64,000 bases of DNA from an uncultured Candidatus Rokubacteria bacterium (GTDB lineage Bacteria; Methylomirabilota; Methylomirabilia; Rokubacteriales; CSP1-6). The stretch's first letter is position 1; the number at the start of each line of letters is the position of its first letter. The stretch covers positions 576,001 to 640,000 of the forward strand of contig CAVVEU010000024.1 in NCBI GenBank assembly GCA_963747235.1. Direction: 5' to 3'. The notes under the pieces are model-generated. The model did no database searches, was not told the origin of the DNA, and was given only the letters and a program-made list of their open reading frames with translations. Of this stretch, positions 50,730-61,604 are shown one piece after another. A program made the translations under genes and the position numbers.

Positions 50730-51253
50730 GCGACGAAGAGTTCCTGGACCCGACCGATTCGGTGGCGGTCCCGCGCAAGGTCGCGCGCCGCCTCGAGAGC
50801 CTCGACGGCAAGACCATCACCCTGCTGGACATCTCGAAGGCCAAGGGCAATCACCTGCTCGACCGCCTGGAGGAGCTGCTGCGCGAGCGCGCCCACCCGC
50901 GCGAGATCATCCGGAAGAAGAAGCCGACGTTCGCGCGGCCCGCCCCGGAGGACCTGCGCCAGGAGATCGCCAAGCACAGCGACGCGGTCATCGAGGCCCT
51001 CGCCGACTGAGGGTCCTGCACCACGTGCAGTGTGCACGACAGCGTGTTCTTCGAGGACCAGGGGATTCCCACCGCGACGATCATCTCGACCGAGTTCAAG
51101 CGGGCGGCGCGCGCGCAGGCCGACGCGCTCGGGGCGAGCGCGTTTCAGACCATCATGGTCGCCCACCCGATCCAGCCGCTCACCCGGGACGAGGTGCGCG
51201 CGCTGGCCGACGGGGCCTTCGACGAGATCGTGGCGCGCCTGACGCGCGCCTGA
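50726..51253 (+). CDS. UGSC-family selenoprotein, 175 aa, Sec (TGA) at codon 95
   Basis: Two in-frame ORFs joined by TGA 51008-51010: EALAD-U-GSCTTCSVHD...GIPTATI; hairpin immediately 3' of the TGA. Confidence 0.88.
51011..51059 (+). promoter_or_regulatory. Candidate bacterial SECIS element
   Basis: Lower stem GGTCCT(51012-17)/AGGACC(51054-59); upper stem CGTGCA(51024-29)/TGCACG(51033-38); GTG apical loop about 20 nt after the UGA. Confidence 0.7.
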
Positions 51254-51260
51254 CGATCAG

Positions 51261-52070
51261 GTGACGCTCCTCCTCAAGCTGGTCCTGGTGCCGGGGCTCA
51301 TCGCCCTGGTCACCCTGGCCGGCCGCCGCTTCGGCCCGCGGATCGGCGGCTGGCTCAATGCCCTGCCGCTGGTGGCGGGGCCGGTGCTCTTCTTCCTCGC
51401 GCTCGAGCAGGGCGACGCGTTCGTGGCGCGGGCCGCGGAGGCGACGCTGGCCGGGCTCGCCGCGGTCGCCGCCTTCTCGGTGATCTACGCGTGGACCGCG
51501 GTGGCGCGCCCGTGGTGGGTCTGCGTGCTGGTGGGCTGGACCGCCTTCGCGCTCCTGACCGTCGCGCTCCAGGCGGTGACCTGGACGGCGGCCTCGGGGC
51601 TCGCGCTCGCGCTGGCCGCGTTCGCCATCGCGCCGTTCACGCTCCCCCCATTGCCCGACGCGCCGATCCCGCCGCCCGCGCCCGCCTGGGACCTGCCCCT
51701 GCGCATGGGCGCGTCGGTCGTGCTCGTGCTCGCGGTGACCGGCCTGGCCACCTGGCTCGGCCCGCGGCTCTCCGGCGCGATCACCCCGTTCCCGATCGCC
51801 ACCACGATCCTGCTCGCGTTCACCCACGCGCAGCAGGGCGCGCCCGCCGCGGTCGGCTTCCTGCGCGCGTTCCTGCCCGCGATGTGGAGTTTCGGGTTCT
51901 TCTGCTTCGTGCTGGCGGTGGGCGTGGTGCCGCTCGGGCGCGACGTCGCGTTCCTGCTGGCGCTCGCCGTGCACCTCCTGGTGCAGGGCGCGGTGTGGCT
52001 CGGCCTCGAAGCGCTGGCTAGCCGGGGAAGCGCCAGACGCGGCCCTCGGGCGGCTCGTCGGTCAGCGTGA
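51261..52070 (+). CDS. Hypothetical polytopic membrane protein (two internal halves)
   Basis: About 8-9 TMs; repeated FGPRIGG..LP / LGPRLSG..FP motif. Confidence 0.75.
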   Translation: MTLLLKLVLVPGLIALVTLAGRRFGPRIGGWLNALPLVAGPVLFFLALEQGDAFVARAAEATLAGLAAVAAFSVIYAWTAVARPWWVCVLVGWTAFALLTVALQAVTWTAASGLALALAAFAIAPFTLPPLPDAPIPPPAPAWDLPLRMGASVVLVLAVTGLATWLGPRLSGAITPFPIATTILLAFTHAQQGAPAAVGFLRAFLPAMWSFGFFCFVLAVGVVPLGRDVAFLLALAVHLLVQGAVWLGLEALASRGSARRGPRAARRSA

Positions 52071-52526
52071 ACTGCGGCAGCGCGAAGTCCGGCGGCGAGG
52101 TCCTGGAAGACCACGCGGACCCGCTTGCCGATGGCCACGTTCGTCTCCGGCTCCGGGCGGAACTCGGGCGTCACCAGGTTGGCGATGACGCGCAGGGCCT
52201 CGTCCGGGGTGGGCGCGCCGCGCTGCTCGTCGAGCTCCACCAGCACCACCGCGTAGGGCGTCCACTCCTTGAAGCCGGGCTGGATCGCGTGGTGCACGAC
52301 CTCGTAGGAGTAGATGTGCCCACGCGCCGCTCACCGGCTTCCACTCCCACTCGAGCGACATGCACCACGGGCAGCCGTGGCTCGGCGGGTAGCGCATGAG
52401 CCCGCACGCCTTGCAGGCGCGGAGCATCAGGCGGTGGTTCGTGCGCGCGAGCTTGAAGTGCTCGCGCCACTCGGAGTCGTTCTCCGGGATCACCAGGTTC
52501 ATGCCGCGGTACTCGACGGAGGCCAT
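52018..52526 (-). CDS. Zn-ribbon/OB-fold protein (DUF35 family; frameshifts near 52325 and 52090)
   Basis: CKACG..YPP..GCPWC, IYSYEVVHH, PYAVVLVELDE, IGKRVRVVF. Confidence 0.85.
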
Positions 52527-52528
52527 CG

Positions 52529-53745
52529 CTAGTTCCTCATGATGAGGGCGGAGCCGGTCGGCGGCATCGCCCAGCCGAGGTTCATGGTGATGCGCGCGTC
52601 CTCGCACCTGGCGGCACTTGCCGGGCGAGTAGTCGTAGCTGTGCTTGCCGTCCTCCCAGCCCGGGCAGTAGTCGTCCACCTGGCCGCGGAGCTGGCGCAC
52701 GTTCTCGATCACCATCGAGATGCCGTGGGTGTAGCCCTCGCAGAGGTGGCTGCCCGAGGTGTTGTTGGGCCGCTTGCCCCCGAGCTCGATGATGCCGCTC
52801 GAGACGTACTGGCCGCCTTCGCCCTTCTTGCAGAAGCCGTATTCCTCGAGCTGGAGCATGGTGGTGAACGTGAAGGCGTCGTAGGAGCCGGTGACGTTGA
52901 CGTCGTCCGGCTTGATGCCGGCCTGGCCGAACACGATGTCCTTGGCGTGGTAGCCCGCCACCCGGGTGATCGGCCCGTGGGCCCAGTGGAAGTCGGTGCG
53001 CGGCTTGTTGACCCGGCCCGCGACGCCCATGATGTAGACCGGCTTGCGGCGCAGGTCGCGCGCGCGCTCCGCGCTCGTGACGATCAGCGCGGTGGCGTTG
53101 TCGGTCTCCAGGCAGCAGTCCAGCAGGTGGAGCGGCTTGCAGATCCACCGGGAGCCGACCACGTCCGCCACCGTGACGCGCTCCTTGAGGAAGGCCTTCG
53201 GGTTCTGCGAGGCGTGCTTGCTGTGGGCCACCCGCACGTGGGCCACCTGCTCCGACGTGGTCCCGTACTCGTACATGTGGCGCATGAAGGTCGGCGCGAA
53301 GTTCTGGCCGGCGCTGCGCATGCCGAAGGGCACCTGGGCCAGGTCGAGGCCCGCGCACCGGCTGGGCCGCGCGGGCGCCGGTGCCGCCGATGCGGAAGTC
53401 GGAGTAGCCGTTCATCGAGCGGAAGATCGCCACCGTGTGGCACATGCCGGCCTCGATGGCGCCCATCGCGAGGCCGACGAGGGCCTCGGTGGAGGAGCCG
53501 CCGCCGAAGACGTCCATGTAGAAGTTGAGCCGGATGCCGAGGTCCGGCGCCACGCAGTTGGCGAAGACGGAGTCGCCGCTCTGGTAGGACATCATGCCGT
53601 CCACGCCGTCCTTGCCGAGGCCGGCGTCGCGCATGGCGTTGCGCACCGCCTCGACCGCCATCGCGCGCGTGCTGCGGGCGGACTGCCGGCTGTACTCGGT
53701 CTCTCCGACGCCGACGATGCAGTACTTGTCCTTGAGTGAGGCCAT
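52529..53745 (-). CDS. Thiolase-superfamily protein (SCP-x/Ltp2-like; frameshifts near 53350 and 52600)
   Basis: IVGVGET, HASQNPKA, PLHLLDCC, YDAFT, NTSGSHLCEGY. Confidence 0.85.
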
Positions 53746-53767
53746 GGGGATCCTCCGCGCCGGGACT

Positions 53768-55042
53768 TTACGCGAGCGCGGCGGGGGGCGTCAAGCCAGG
53801 GATCGCGACGGCGGGCGGCCGGGCGAACCCGAGGAGGATCAGGGCGAGCGCGTTGAAGCCGGCGCCGAGCCACCACGCGAGCTGGTAGCTCGCCGGCGCG
53901 GTCGTAGATGAAGCCGGCCGCGAGCGGGCCCCACGCGGCCATCGAGCCGGCCAGCGCGAAGAGCAGCCCGGCGAGGCTCGCGGCCTGCTCGCGCCCGAAG
54001 TAGTCGGCGACCGCGGCGGGGAAGAGGGTGGAGCCGGCGCCGTAGGAGAAGCCGAAGAGGAGCGACGCCGCGTAGAGCCCGGGCAGCTCGCGGGCCAGGG
54101 CGAAGCCGACGAACGCGGCGGCCTGCAGCACGAGGGCCACCGCGAGGGCGGGCCGCCGCCCGATCCGATCCGACGCGCCGCCCATGAGCAGGCGGCCGAC
54201 CAGCGCGGCGGCGCCGAGCGCGCTGACGAGCGTCGCGGCCAGCAGCGGCGAGACGCCGAGCCCGCGGGCCATCGGCACCAGGTGCACGAGCGGGACGAAC
54301 ACCGGGATCCAGGTCGCGCTGAACACCGCGAAGAGCAGCCAGAACGCGCGGGTCCGCATCGCCCGGCCCGCCGTCCATGCGCTCCGGGCGCGCGGGCGCG
54401 CCCCGGGGGCTGCGCGTCGCCGTCGGGGTGGAGGCCGAGCGTCTCGGGGTCGCGCCGCATGAGGACGGCGAGCGCGTTGAGGGCGAGCAGGACCGCCACG
54501 CCGAAGACCACGTAGGCCCAGCGCCAGCCGAGCCGGCTCACCACGACGTGGGCGACCGGCGGCAGCGCGAAGGTGCCGAGGCTGCCGCCCGCGCTGGCCA
54601 GCCCGATCGCGAGGCCGCGGCGCCGCGTGAACCACTTCGCCACGGTGGCGTTGCACGGCACGTAGGCGGTGGACATCCCGAGCGCGGCCACGAGGCCGTA
54701 GCACACGTAGGGCTGCCACAGCGCGCTCACGCGGCTCATCGCGATGAGCCCGAGGCCCAGCAGGACGCCGCCGATCGCGATGACCACGCGCGGCCCCCAG
54801 CGATCGGTGAGCCGGCCCGAGACGAGGGCGAAGACCGCGTAGGTGAACGCGTAGAGCGAGAAGACCCCGGAGAGGCTGGCCCGGCTCCAGCCGAACTCGT
54901 CGATGAGGGCGGTGAAGAAGACGCCGAAGGCGTACTGGGTGCCGTAGGCCATGAAGAGGATCAGGAAGGCGCCCGCCACCACGATCCAGCCGTGGAAGAA
55001 ACGGGGCCGCCCCGGCCGATCGCCGGGGCTAACGACGGACAT
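53768..55042 (-). CDS. MFS transporter (OFA/MCT-like; frameshifts near 54395 and 53890)
   Basis: FFHGWIVV, EFGWSRA, GRLTDRWGPR, KWFTRRRGLAIG, SDRIGRR. Confidence 0.85.
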   Translation of the reverse strand: MSVVSPGDRPGRPRFFHGWIVVAGAFLILFMAYGTQYAFGVFFTALIDEFGWSRASLSGVFSLYAFTYAVFALVSGRLTDRWGPRVVIAIGGVLLGLGLIAMSRVSALWQPYVCYGLVAALGMSTAYVPCNATVAKWFTRRRGLAIGLASAGGSLGTFALPPVAHVVVSRLGWRWAYVVFGVAVLLALNALAVLMRRDPETLGLHPDGDAQPPGRARAPGAHGRRAGRCGPARSGCSSRCSARPGSRCSSRSCTWCRWPAGSASRRCWPRRSSARSAPPRWSAACSWAARRIGSGGGPPSRWPSCCRPPRSSASPWPASCPGSTRRRSSSASPTAPAPPSSPPRSPTTSGASRPRASPGCSSRWPARWPRGARSRPASSTTAPASYQLAWWLGAGFNALALILLGFARPPAVAIPGLTPPAALA

Positions 55043-56288
55043 CGTCGTCGGGCTGCTCCGCGGATCGCTCCGTGTCCAGGATGGGCGGCAGCGAGCCGCT
55101 GGGCTCGGTGCTCTCGATGCGGACGATGCGGTTGAGCCGCCCCACCGCGTCGCGAATGCGCCCACCGGCGCGGCGGCAGGTGCGGGCCCAGCCGCCTTCC
55201 TCGGTCTCCGCGGCCAGCCGGTCTTCCAGGAGCTGGCTGTAGCCCATGATGATCGCGAGCGGATTGTTGATCTCGTGGGCGGCCGCCTGGGCCAGGAGAT
55301 TCACCGACCGGAGCGACGCGGCCTCCCGTCGCGCCTCCTCGCCCGCGAGCCGCTCGGACGCGTCGCGGTAGATCACGATCTCGTAGCGGCGGCCCCGGTA
55401 CGCGACGGTGCGGCGCGAGCAGTCCACCGCGAGCGTCCGCCCGGAGGCGGTCATGAACGGCACGCTCAGGGCCCGCGACACGCCCGTCGCCCGCGCCTCG
55501 GGCGAGGGCTCCGGCCGGGCGGCGCCGCTCGCGCCGGACTCCGGCCAGAACTGGCGGGAGTCGCGGCCCAGCATCGCGTCGCGCGCGAAGCCGGAGAGCT
55601 CGCAGTCCGCGCGATTGCAGTCGAGGATGCGGTGGCTCTCGACGTCCACGATGCGGACGGCGTCGGTGGCGTCGTCGAGGACGGCGCGGAAGCGCTCGCG
55701 CTCCTGAGCCAGCAGCCGCCGCTCGATGATGCTCGCCATGAGCAGGGCGAGCATCGGGAGTCCGACCACGGTCAGGAGCAGATAGGACGGCCAGACGCGC
55801 GCGAACAGGGTCCGGCCGGGCTCGCCCAGCAGCCCGAAGCCGCCGAAGGTGATGAAGAACGTCCCCACCGCGAGCGCGAAGGCGTGATGGACCCGCACCC
55901 GCTCGGTCCCTCCCGCCCAGCGGTGCGCCAGCCCGGCCGCCACCGCCACCGCGACGATGACGACCACGCCCGGCATCGCGCCGGGGCCGCCCAGGTAGAT
56001 TCGATAGACCGCCGCGGCCAGCCCCGCGATGAGCGCGGGCCCCCAGCCCTCGAAGAGGCCGATGAGGGCGATCGGGATCGCGCGGCCGTCGATGAAGACG
56101 CCCTCGCGGGTCTCGATGCGAGAGATCATCAGGATCACCGTGATGGCGCCCCAGACCAGGCCCAGCGTGACGATCCAGAAGGGCCGGCGGCGCGGATCGT
56201 CGGGAGCGAACCAGCCGTAGGCCAGGGAGTAGAAGAGGACGCCGGAGACGACGATGCCCGTCGCCTCGAGCAGGTGGTGGTAGTCCAT
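55029..56288 (-). CDS. LytS/5TM-type membrane sensor with PAS and HisKA (DHp) domains but no ATPase domain
   Basis: GVFIDGRAIPIALIGLFEG (5TMR-LYT), PAS (ILDCNRA..LSGF), AHEINNPL; stop about 75 aa later. Confidence 0.8.
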   Translation of the reverse strand: MDYHHLLEATGIVVSGVLFYSLAYGWFAPDDPRRRPFWIVTLGLVWGAITVILMISRIETREGVFIDGRAIPIALIGLFEGWGPALIAGLAAAVYRIYLGGPGAMPGVVVIVAVAVAAGLAHRWAGGTERVRVHHAFALAVGTFFITFGGFGLLGEPGRTLFARVWPSYLLLTVVGLPMLALLMASIIERRLLAQERERFRAVLDDATDAVRIVDVESHRILDCNRADCELSGFARDAMLGRDSRQFWPESGASGAARPEPSPEARATGVSRALSVPFMTASGRTLAVDCSRRTVAYRGRRYEIVIYRDASERLAGEEARREAASLRSVNLLAQAAAHEINNPLAIIMGYSQLLEDRLAAETEEGGWARTCRRAGGRIRDAVGRLNRIVRIESTEPSGSLPPILDTERSAEQPDDDVRR

Positions 56289-59097
56289 CAGCTCCGGCCG
56301 GCCGCCGCGCGCCCGGTGGGGCGGGGCAGCAGCTCGCGCAGGAACTTCCCGGTGTAGGACGCGCCGACCTGCGCGATCTGCTCGGGCGTGCCCTCGGCCA
56401 CCAGCTCCCCGCCCGCCGAGCCGGCCTCGGGGCCGAGGTCCACCACCCAGTCCGCGGTCTTGATCACGTCGAGGTGGTGCTCGACCACGAGCACGGTGTT
56501 GCCCGCCTCGACGAGGCGGTTGAGGACCAGGAGGAGCTTGCGCACGTCGTCGAGGTGGAGCCCGGTGGTGGGCTCGTCGAGGATGAAGAGGTGGTCGGTG
56601 GTCGGCCGCGCGGAGAGCTCCGCCGCGATCTTGAGCCGCTGGGCCTCGCCGCCCGACAGCTTGGTGGCGGGCTGGCCCAGCCGCAGGTAGCCGAGGCCGA
56701 CTTCCTGGAGCACCTTGAGCCGCCGCTGCAGCACCGCCTCGGAGGCGAAGAAGTCCACCGCCTCGTCCACGGTCTGCTGCAGGATCTGGCTGATGTCCCG
56801 GCTCTTGTAGGTGACCTGGAGCACGTCGGCGCGGTAGCGGCGGCCCTCGCACTCCTGGCAGGTCACGTACACGTCCTCGACGAAGTACATCTCGAGCTTC
56901 TGGAAGCCGTCGCCCTCGCACGTCTCGCAGCGGCCGCCGGGCACGTTGAACGAGAAGGCGCCGGGGCCCAGGCCGAGCGCCTGGGCGCGGGGCAGCCCCG
57001 CGAAGAGCCGCCGGATCTCGTCGAAGGCCTTCACGTACGTGACCGGATTGGAGCGGGGCGTGCGCCCGATCGGCTCCTGGTCGATGAGGCGGATGCCCTT
57101 GAGATGCTGCAGGCCACGCAGCTCGTCGTGGGCGCCCGCGACCGCGAAGTCCACCTTGAAGTGCCGGGCCACCGCCCGGTAGAGCGTGTCGTGCACGAGC
57201 GTGGATTTCCCGGAGCCGGACACCCCGGTGACGCAGGTCAGGGTGTGCAGCGGGATCCGCACCGTGACGTCCTTCAGGTTGTTCGCGCGGGCGCCCTTGA
57301 GGACGAGGGAGCGGCGGCCTTCCCGGCGCGCGAGCGGCAGGGGAATCGTGTCGCGGCCGCTCAGGTAGCGCGCGGTCAGCGAGCGCGGGTCCTTGCGGAA
57401 CTCGGCCTGCGTGCCCGCGAACACCATGGCGCCGCCGCGCTCGCCCGAGCCGGGGCCCATCTCGATCACGTAGTCGGCCGCCTCGATCAGCGCGCGATCG
57501 TGCTCGACGATCACCACCGTGTTGCCCCCCGAGGCGAGCTCGCGGCAGAGCTCGGCCAGCCGCGCGGTGTCCCGCGGGTGGAGCCCGATGGACGGCTCGT
57601 CGAGCACGTAGAGCGTGCCGGTGAGCTGGGCCCCGAGCTGATTGGCGAGATTGATCCGCTGCGCCTCGCCCGCCGGACAGGGTGCGCGTCTGCCGCCCGA
57701 GGGTGAGGTAGCCGAGGCCCACGCGGAGCAGGAAGGAGAGCTTCGCCCGCAGCATCTTGAGCACGTCGCGCGCCACCCCCGCCTCCCAGGGGGAGAGCGG
57801 CAGCGTCGCGAAGAGCGCGTCCAGATCCTCGATGGTCCTGTCCCCGAGCTCGGCGATGCTGGCGCCGCCCACGCGAACCGCGAGGGCCTCGGGCCGCAGG
57901 CGCCGGCCCTCGCAGCGCGGGCAGGGCGACTGGCTGCGGTAGCGCGAGAGGAAGACACGGACGTGGAGCTTGTAGCGGTACGACTCCACCTCCTCGAAGA
58001 AGCCGCGGATGCCGGTGAGCCCGCCGCCGCCGTCGTAGACCCACTTCCGGTCCTCGGCGGACAGCTCCGCGTAGGGGCGGCTCACGTCGACGCCGCGCTT
58101 CTTGGCCGCCTTGAGGAGCTGCTTCTGGTACCAGCGGCCCGAGGGATGCGACCAGGGCTCGACCGCGCCCTCGGCCAGGCTCTGGGTGGGATCCGGCACC
58201 ACGCGGGCCTCGTCGTAGCGCAGCACGTTGCCGAAGCCCTTGCACTCGGGACACGCGCCGAGCGGGTGGTTGAACGAGAAGAGCAGGGGCCGCGGCCGCG
58301 CCAGCGCCACCCCGCAGGACGGGCAGTGGAAGTCGCGGCTCACCGTGACGATGCCGCGCTCGAGCAGATCCACGCTGGCCCGGCCCTCGCCCTCGGCGAG
58401 CGCGGTCTCCAGGGAATCGGTGATCCGACGGCGGCTGTCCGGGCCGACCACGACGCGATCGAGCACCACCGCGAGGCGCGCCGGGTCGAGGTCGGCGGGC
58501 ACGCCGTCGGGGCGGGCCGTCACCTCGGCCAGGTCCAGCACGGTGTCTCCCGCCTTCACCCGGGCGAAGCCGCGCTGGAGCAGGGTGGCGAACAGCGCGC
58601 GCGGGTCGCGGCCCGCCTCCACGGGCAGGGGAAAGCAGATGAGGGCGCGCGCGCCCGGGATGATCGCGCAGGAGGGCGTCGGCGACCTGGTCGGCCGAGT
58701 CGCTCCGCGCCTCCGCCCCGCAGGTGGGGCAGTGCACGCGGCCGATCTTGGCGAAGAGCAGGCGGAGGTAGTCGTGCAGCTCGGTGGCGGTGCCCACCGT
58801 GGAGCGCGCGGTGCGCACCGGGTTCTTCTGCTCGAGCGCGATGGCGGGCCGGATGTGCTCGATGCGGTCCACGTCGGGCCGGTCGAGGCGCTCCAGGAAC
58901 ATGCGGGCGTAGGTGGACAGCGACTCGATGTAGCGCCACTGGCCTTCCGCGAAGAGCGTGTCGAAGGCCAGGGAGGACTTGCCCGAGCCGGAGACCCCGG
59001 TGATCACGGTGACGCGGTCGTGGGGGATGTCGACGGAGACGTTCTTCAGGTTGTTCTGCCGGGCTCCCTCGATCCGGAGCCAGACGGGCTGGGACAT
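56288..59097 (-). CDS. uvrA: Excinuclease ABC subunit A (frameshifts near 58660 and 57672)
   Basis: GARQNNLKN, two [20 protein letters not shown], two [17 protein letters not shown]. Confidence 0.93.
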
Positions 59098-59194
59098 TCG
59101 AGCGATCCTCCTGAGATGGGAAGTCTACGCGACGGCCCGGGGGCCTTCAATAGCGCGGCGCGCGGTGCGGCCCACGCGAGGACGCGCGTGACGC

Positions 59195-59250
59195 TTGACA
59201 CGCGACGCGCGAGCCGGTACTCTCCTGATCCGTAATGAGAACCATTCCTA
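59195..59250 (+). promoter_or_regulatory. Sigma70 promoter with Fur/PerR-box-like operator
   Basis: TTGACA(59195-200)-17 nt-TACTCT; AT-rich TAATGAGAACCATTCCTA (59233-59250). Confidence 0.65.
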
Positions 59251-59267
59251 AAAAGCAACTGCCCCCG

Positions 59268-59726
59268 ATGGCGGAGGGCGCCGAGAGCGCGCTCCGCGCC
59301 CGCGGGCTCCGGCTCACCGGGCCCCGCCGGGTCGTGCTCGACGTGGTGCGGGCCACCGAGTCGCATCCCACCGCGGAGTGGGTGCACCAGATGGTCCGTC
59401 GCCGCCTGCCGCGCGTGAGCCTGGGCACGGTGTATCGCAACCTGCGCCTGCTGGTGGCCGAGGGGCTGGTGAAGGAGCTGGCCGGCCCGCACGCGCGCTT
59501 CGACGGCAACCTGAGCGAGCACCACCACTTCACCTGCCTGGGCTGCGGCCGCATCAGCGACGTGCAGGCGCCGACCAGCGACCCCCACTCCCGCGCCCTG
59601 TGCGGGCGGGTGGCCGCCCAGAGCGGGGGAAGCGTCACCCATCATCGCATCGAGTTCTACGGCCGCTGTTCCGAGTGCCAGCGCCGCGCCGGTGGTCGCG
59701 CGCGGAGCCGGCGCCCGACGCCGTAG
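59268..59726 (+). CDS. fur: Fur family transcriptional regulator (PerR-like by context)
   Basis: [30 protein letters not shown]. Confidence 0.92.
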   Translation: MAEGAESALRARGLRLTGPRRVVLDVVRATESHPTAEWVHQMVRRRLPRVSLGTVYRNLRLLVAEGLVKELAGPHARFDGNLSEHHHFTCLGCGRISDVQAPTSDPHSRALCGRVAAQSGGSVTHHRIEFYGRCSECQRRAGGRARSRRPTP

Positions 59727-59784
59727 CTCGGCGGGCCGCCGCCCCCCGAGCCGCCGCCACCATCAACCGAAGGGAGGAGTCACC

Positions 59785-60234
59785 ATGGCTGGAAAGCCTC
59801 TGAAGGGCAGCAAGAGCGTGGACAACCTCAAGGACGCCTTTGCGGGCGAGTCGCAGGCCAATCGCCGGTATCTGTACTTCGCGCGGGTCGCCGACATCGA
59901 GGGGTTCCCGGACATCGCGGGGCTCTTCAAGGACACCGCCGACGCCGAGACCGGCCACGCCTTCGGCCACCTCGACTTCCTCAAGGAAGTGGGCGACCCG
60001 GCCACCGGGGAGCCCATCGGCAAGACCGAGAAGAACCTGAAGTCCGCCGTCGCGGGCGAGACCTACGAGTACACCCAGATGTACCCGGGCATGGCCAAGA
60101 CCGCGCGGGACGAGGGGTTCCCGGAGCTGGCCGAGTGGTTCGAGACGCTCGCCAAGGCCGAGAAGTCGCACGCGGGCCGCTTCACCAAGGGCCTCAACCA
60201 GGTCGCGGGCAAGGAGCCGGCCGACGCCATCTAG
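59785..60234 (+). CDS. rbr: Rubrerythrin (short form, no rubredoxin domain)
   Basis: [34 protein letters not shown]; GGAGGAG RBS. Confidence 0.95.
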   Translation: MAGKPLKGSKSVDNLKDAFAGESQANRRYLYFARVADIEGFPDIAGLFKDTADAETGHAFGHLDFLKEVGDPATGEPIGKTEKNLKSAVAGETYEYTQMYPGMAKTARDEGFPELAEWFETLAKAEKSHAGRFTKGLNQVAGKEPADAI

Positions 60235-60255
60235 TCGGGCCCTCGATGGGATCCG

Positions 60256-60289
60256 GGCCGGGCGCCGCGGCGGGAGCCGGCGCCCGGCC
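60256..60289 (+). terminator. GC-rich hairpin after rubrerythrin
   Basis: 12-bp stem GGCCGGGCGCCG/CGGCGCCCGGCC. Confidence 0.5.
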
Positions 60290-60324
60290 TCCTCACCGCT
60301 CCGTTCCCCACTCGTGAGAGGACG

Positions 60325-61604
60325 ATGACACTCGACATTCGCGTCCCGGACTTCTGGCAGCTCGACCGCGTCGACACCGAGCTGCGCCGGGTCTACGACA
60401 TCTGCGCGGGCTGCCGGCGCTGCCTGCCCCTCTGCCCCTCGTTCCGGGTCATGTTCGACCGGCTGGACGTGGACGCGGTGGACGGCGACGTCGAGAAGCT
60501 GCCCGCGGCGGACGTCAAGGAAGTCGTCGATCTCTGCTACCAGTGCAAGCTCTGCTACAACCACTGTCCCTACACGCCGCCGCACCGCTGGGCGGTGGAC
60601 TTCCCGCGCCTCATGCTGCGGGCCCGCTCCGCGGAGGCGCGCGCCCACGGCGTGACCCTGCAGGATCGCTTCCTCGGCAACACCGAGCTGGTCGGGCGCA
60701 TCGGCAGCCTCACCGCGCCGATCTCCAACTGGATGAACGCGGTGTGGGTCAATCGCAAGTTCATGGAGAAGGCGGTCGGCATCCACGCCCGGCGCAATCT
60801 GCCGCCCTTCCACCGCGAGACGTTCTCGCGCTGGTTCGACCAGCGCAAGGCGCCCGCCGCGGACCGCGCCGGCGCAGGACCGCGTGGCGTTCTTCACCAC
60901 GTGCTCGGTTGAGTACAACGATCCCGCCACCGGGAAGGCCGCGGTGGCGGTGCTCGAGAAGAACGGGGTGGACGTGTCGCTGCCCGCCCAGCGCTGCTGC
61001 GGGATGCCCTACCTCGACGGCGGGCGCGGTCACCGAGGCCAAGCGGCTGATCGCGGCCAACGTCAAGAGCCTCGCCGAGCAGGTCCGGCTGGGGCGCGAG
61101 ATCGTCGTGCCGGGGCCGACGTGCTCCTACATGCTCAAGCAGGAGTATCCCTGGCTCGACGGCTCGGACGACGCCAACCTGGTCGCGGCGCACACGCGCG
61201 ACCTCTTCGAGTACCTCGCGGCGCTGCACGAGAAGGGCCGCCTCGACACGAGCTTCCCGAACGCGCCGGGCACGATCGCCTACCAGCTGCCCTGCCACCT
61301 GAAGGCCCAGAACATGGGCACGCGCTCCGCCGACGTGCTGCGCCTGACCGGGGCGCCGGTCGAGGTGATCGAGCGGTGCTCGGCGGTGGACGGCACCTGG
61401 GGCATGAAGACGGAGTACTTCGAGCTGTCCATGAAGCTGGCGGAGCCGCTGTTCCGGGACGTCGAGGCGGCCAAGCCCGATCGGGTCGCCACCGACTGCC
61501 CGCTCGCCGCGCTGCAGATCCACCAGGGCACCGGGCGGACCGCGCGGCATCCCATCCAGATCCTGGCCGAGGCCTACGGCCTCGATCCGGAGAGTCCGGC
61601 GTGA
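60325..61604 (+). CDS. Fe-S oxidoreductase (4Fe-4S dicluster plus CCG domains, GlpC-like; frameshifts near 60870 and 61025)
   Basis: [42 protein letters not shown]. Confidence 0.88.

Noticed and set aside
51008-51010. TGA as a nonsense mutation or pseudogene
   Set aside because: It falls exactly at the first position of a UxxC redox motif and is followed by a SECIS-like hairpin, while the other lesions in the window are indels.
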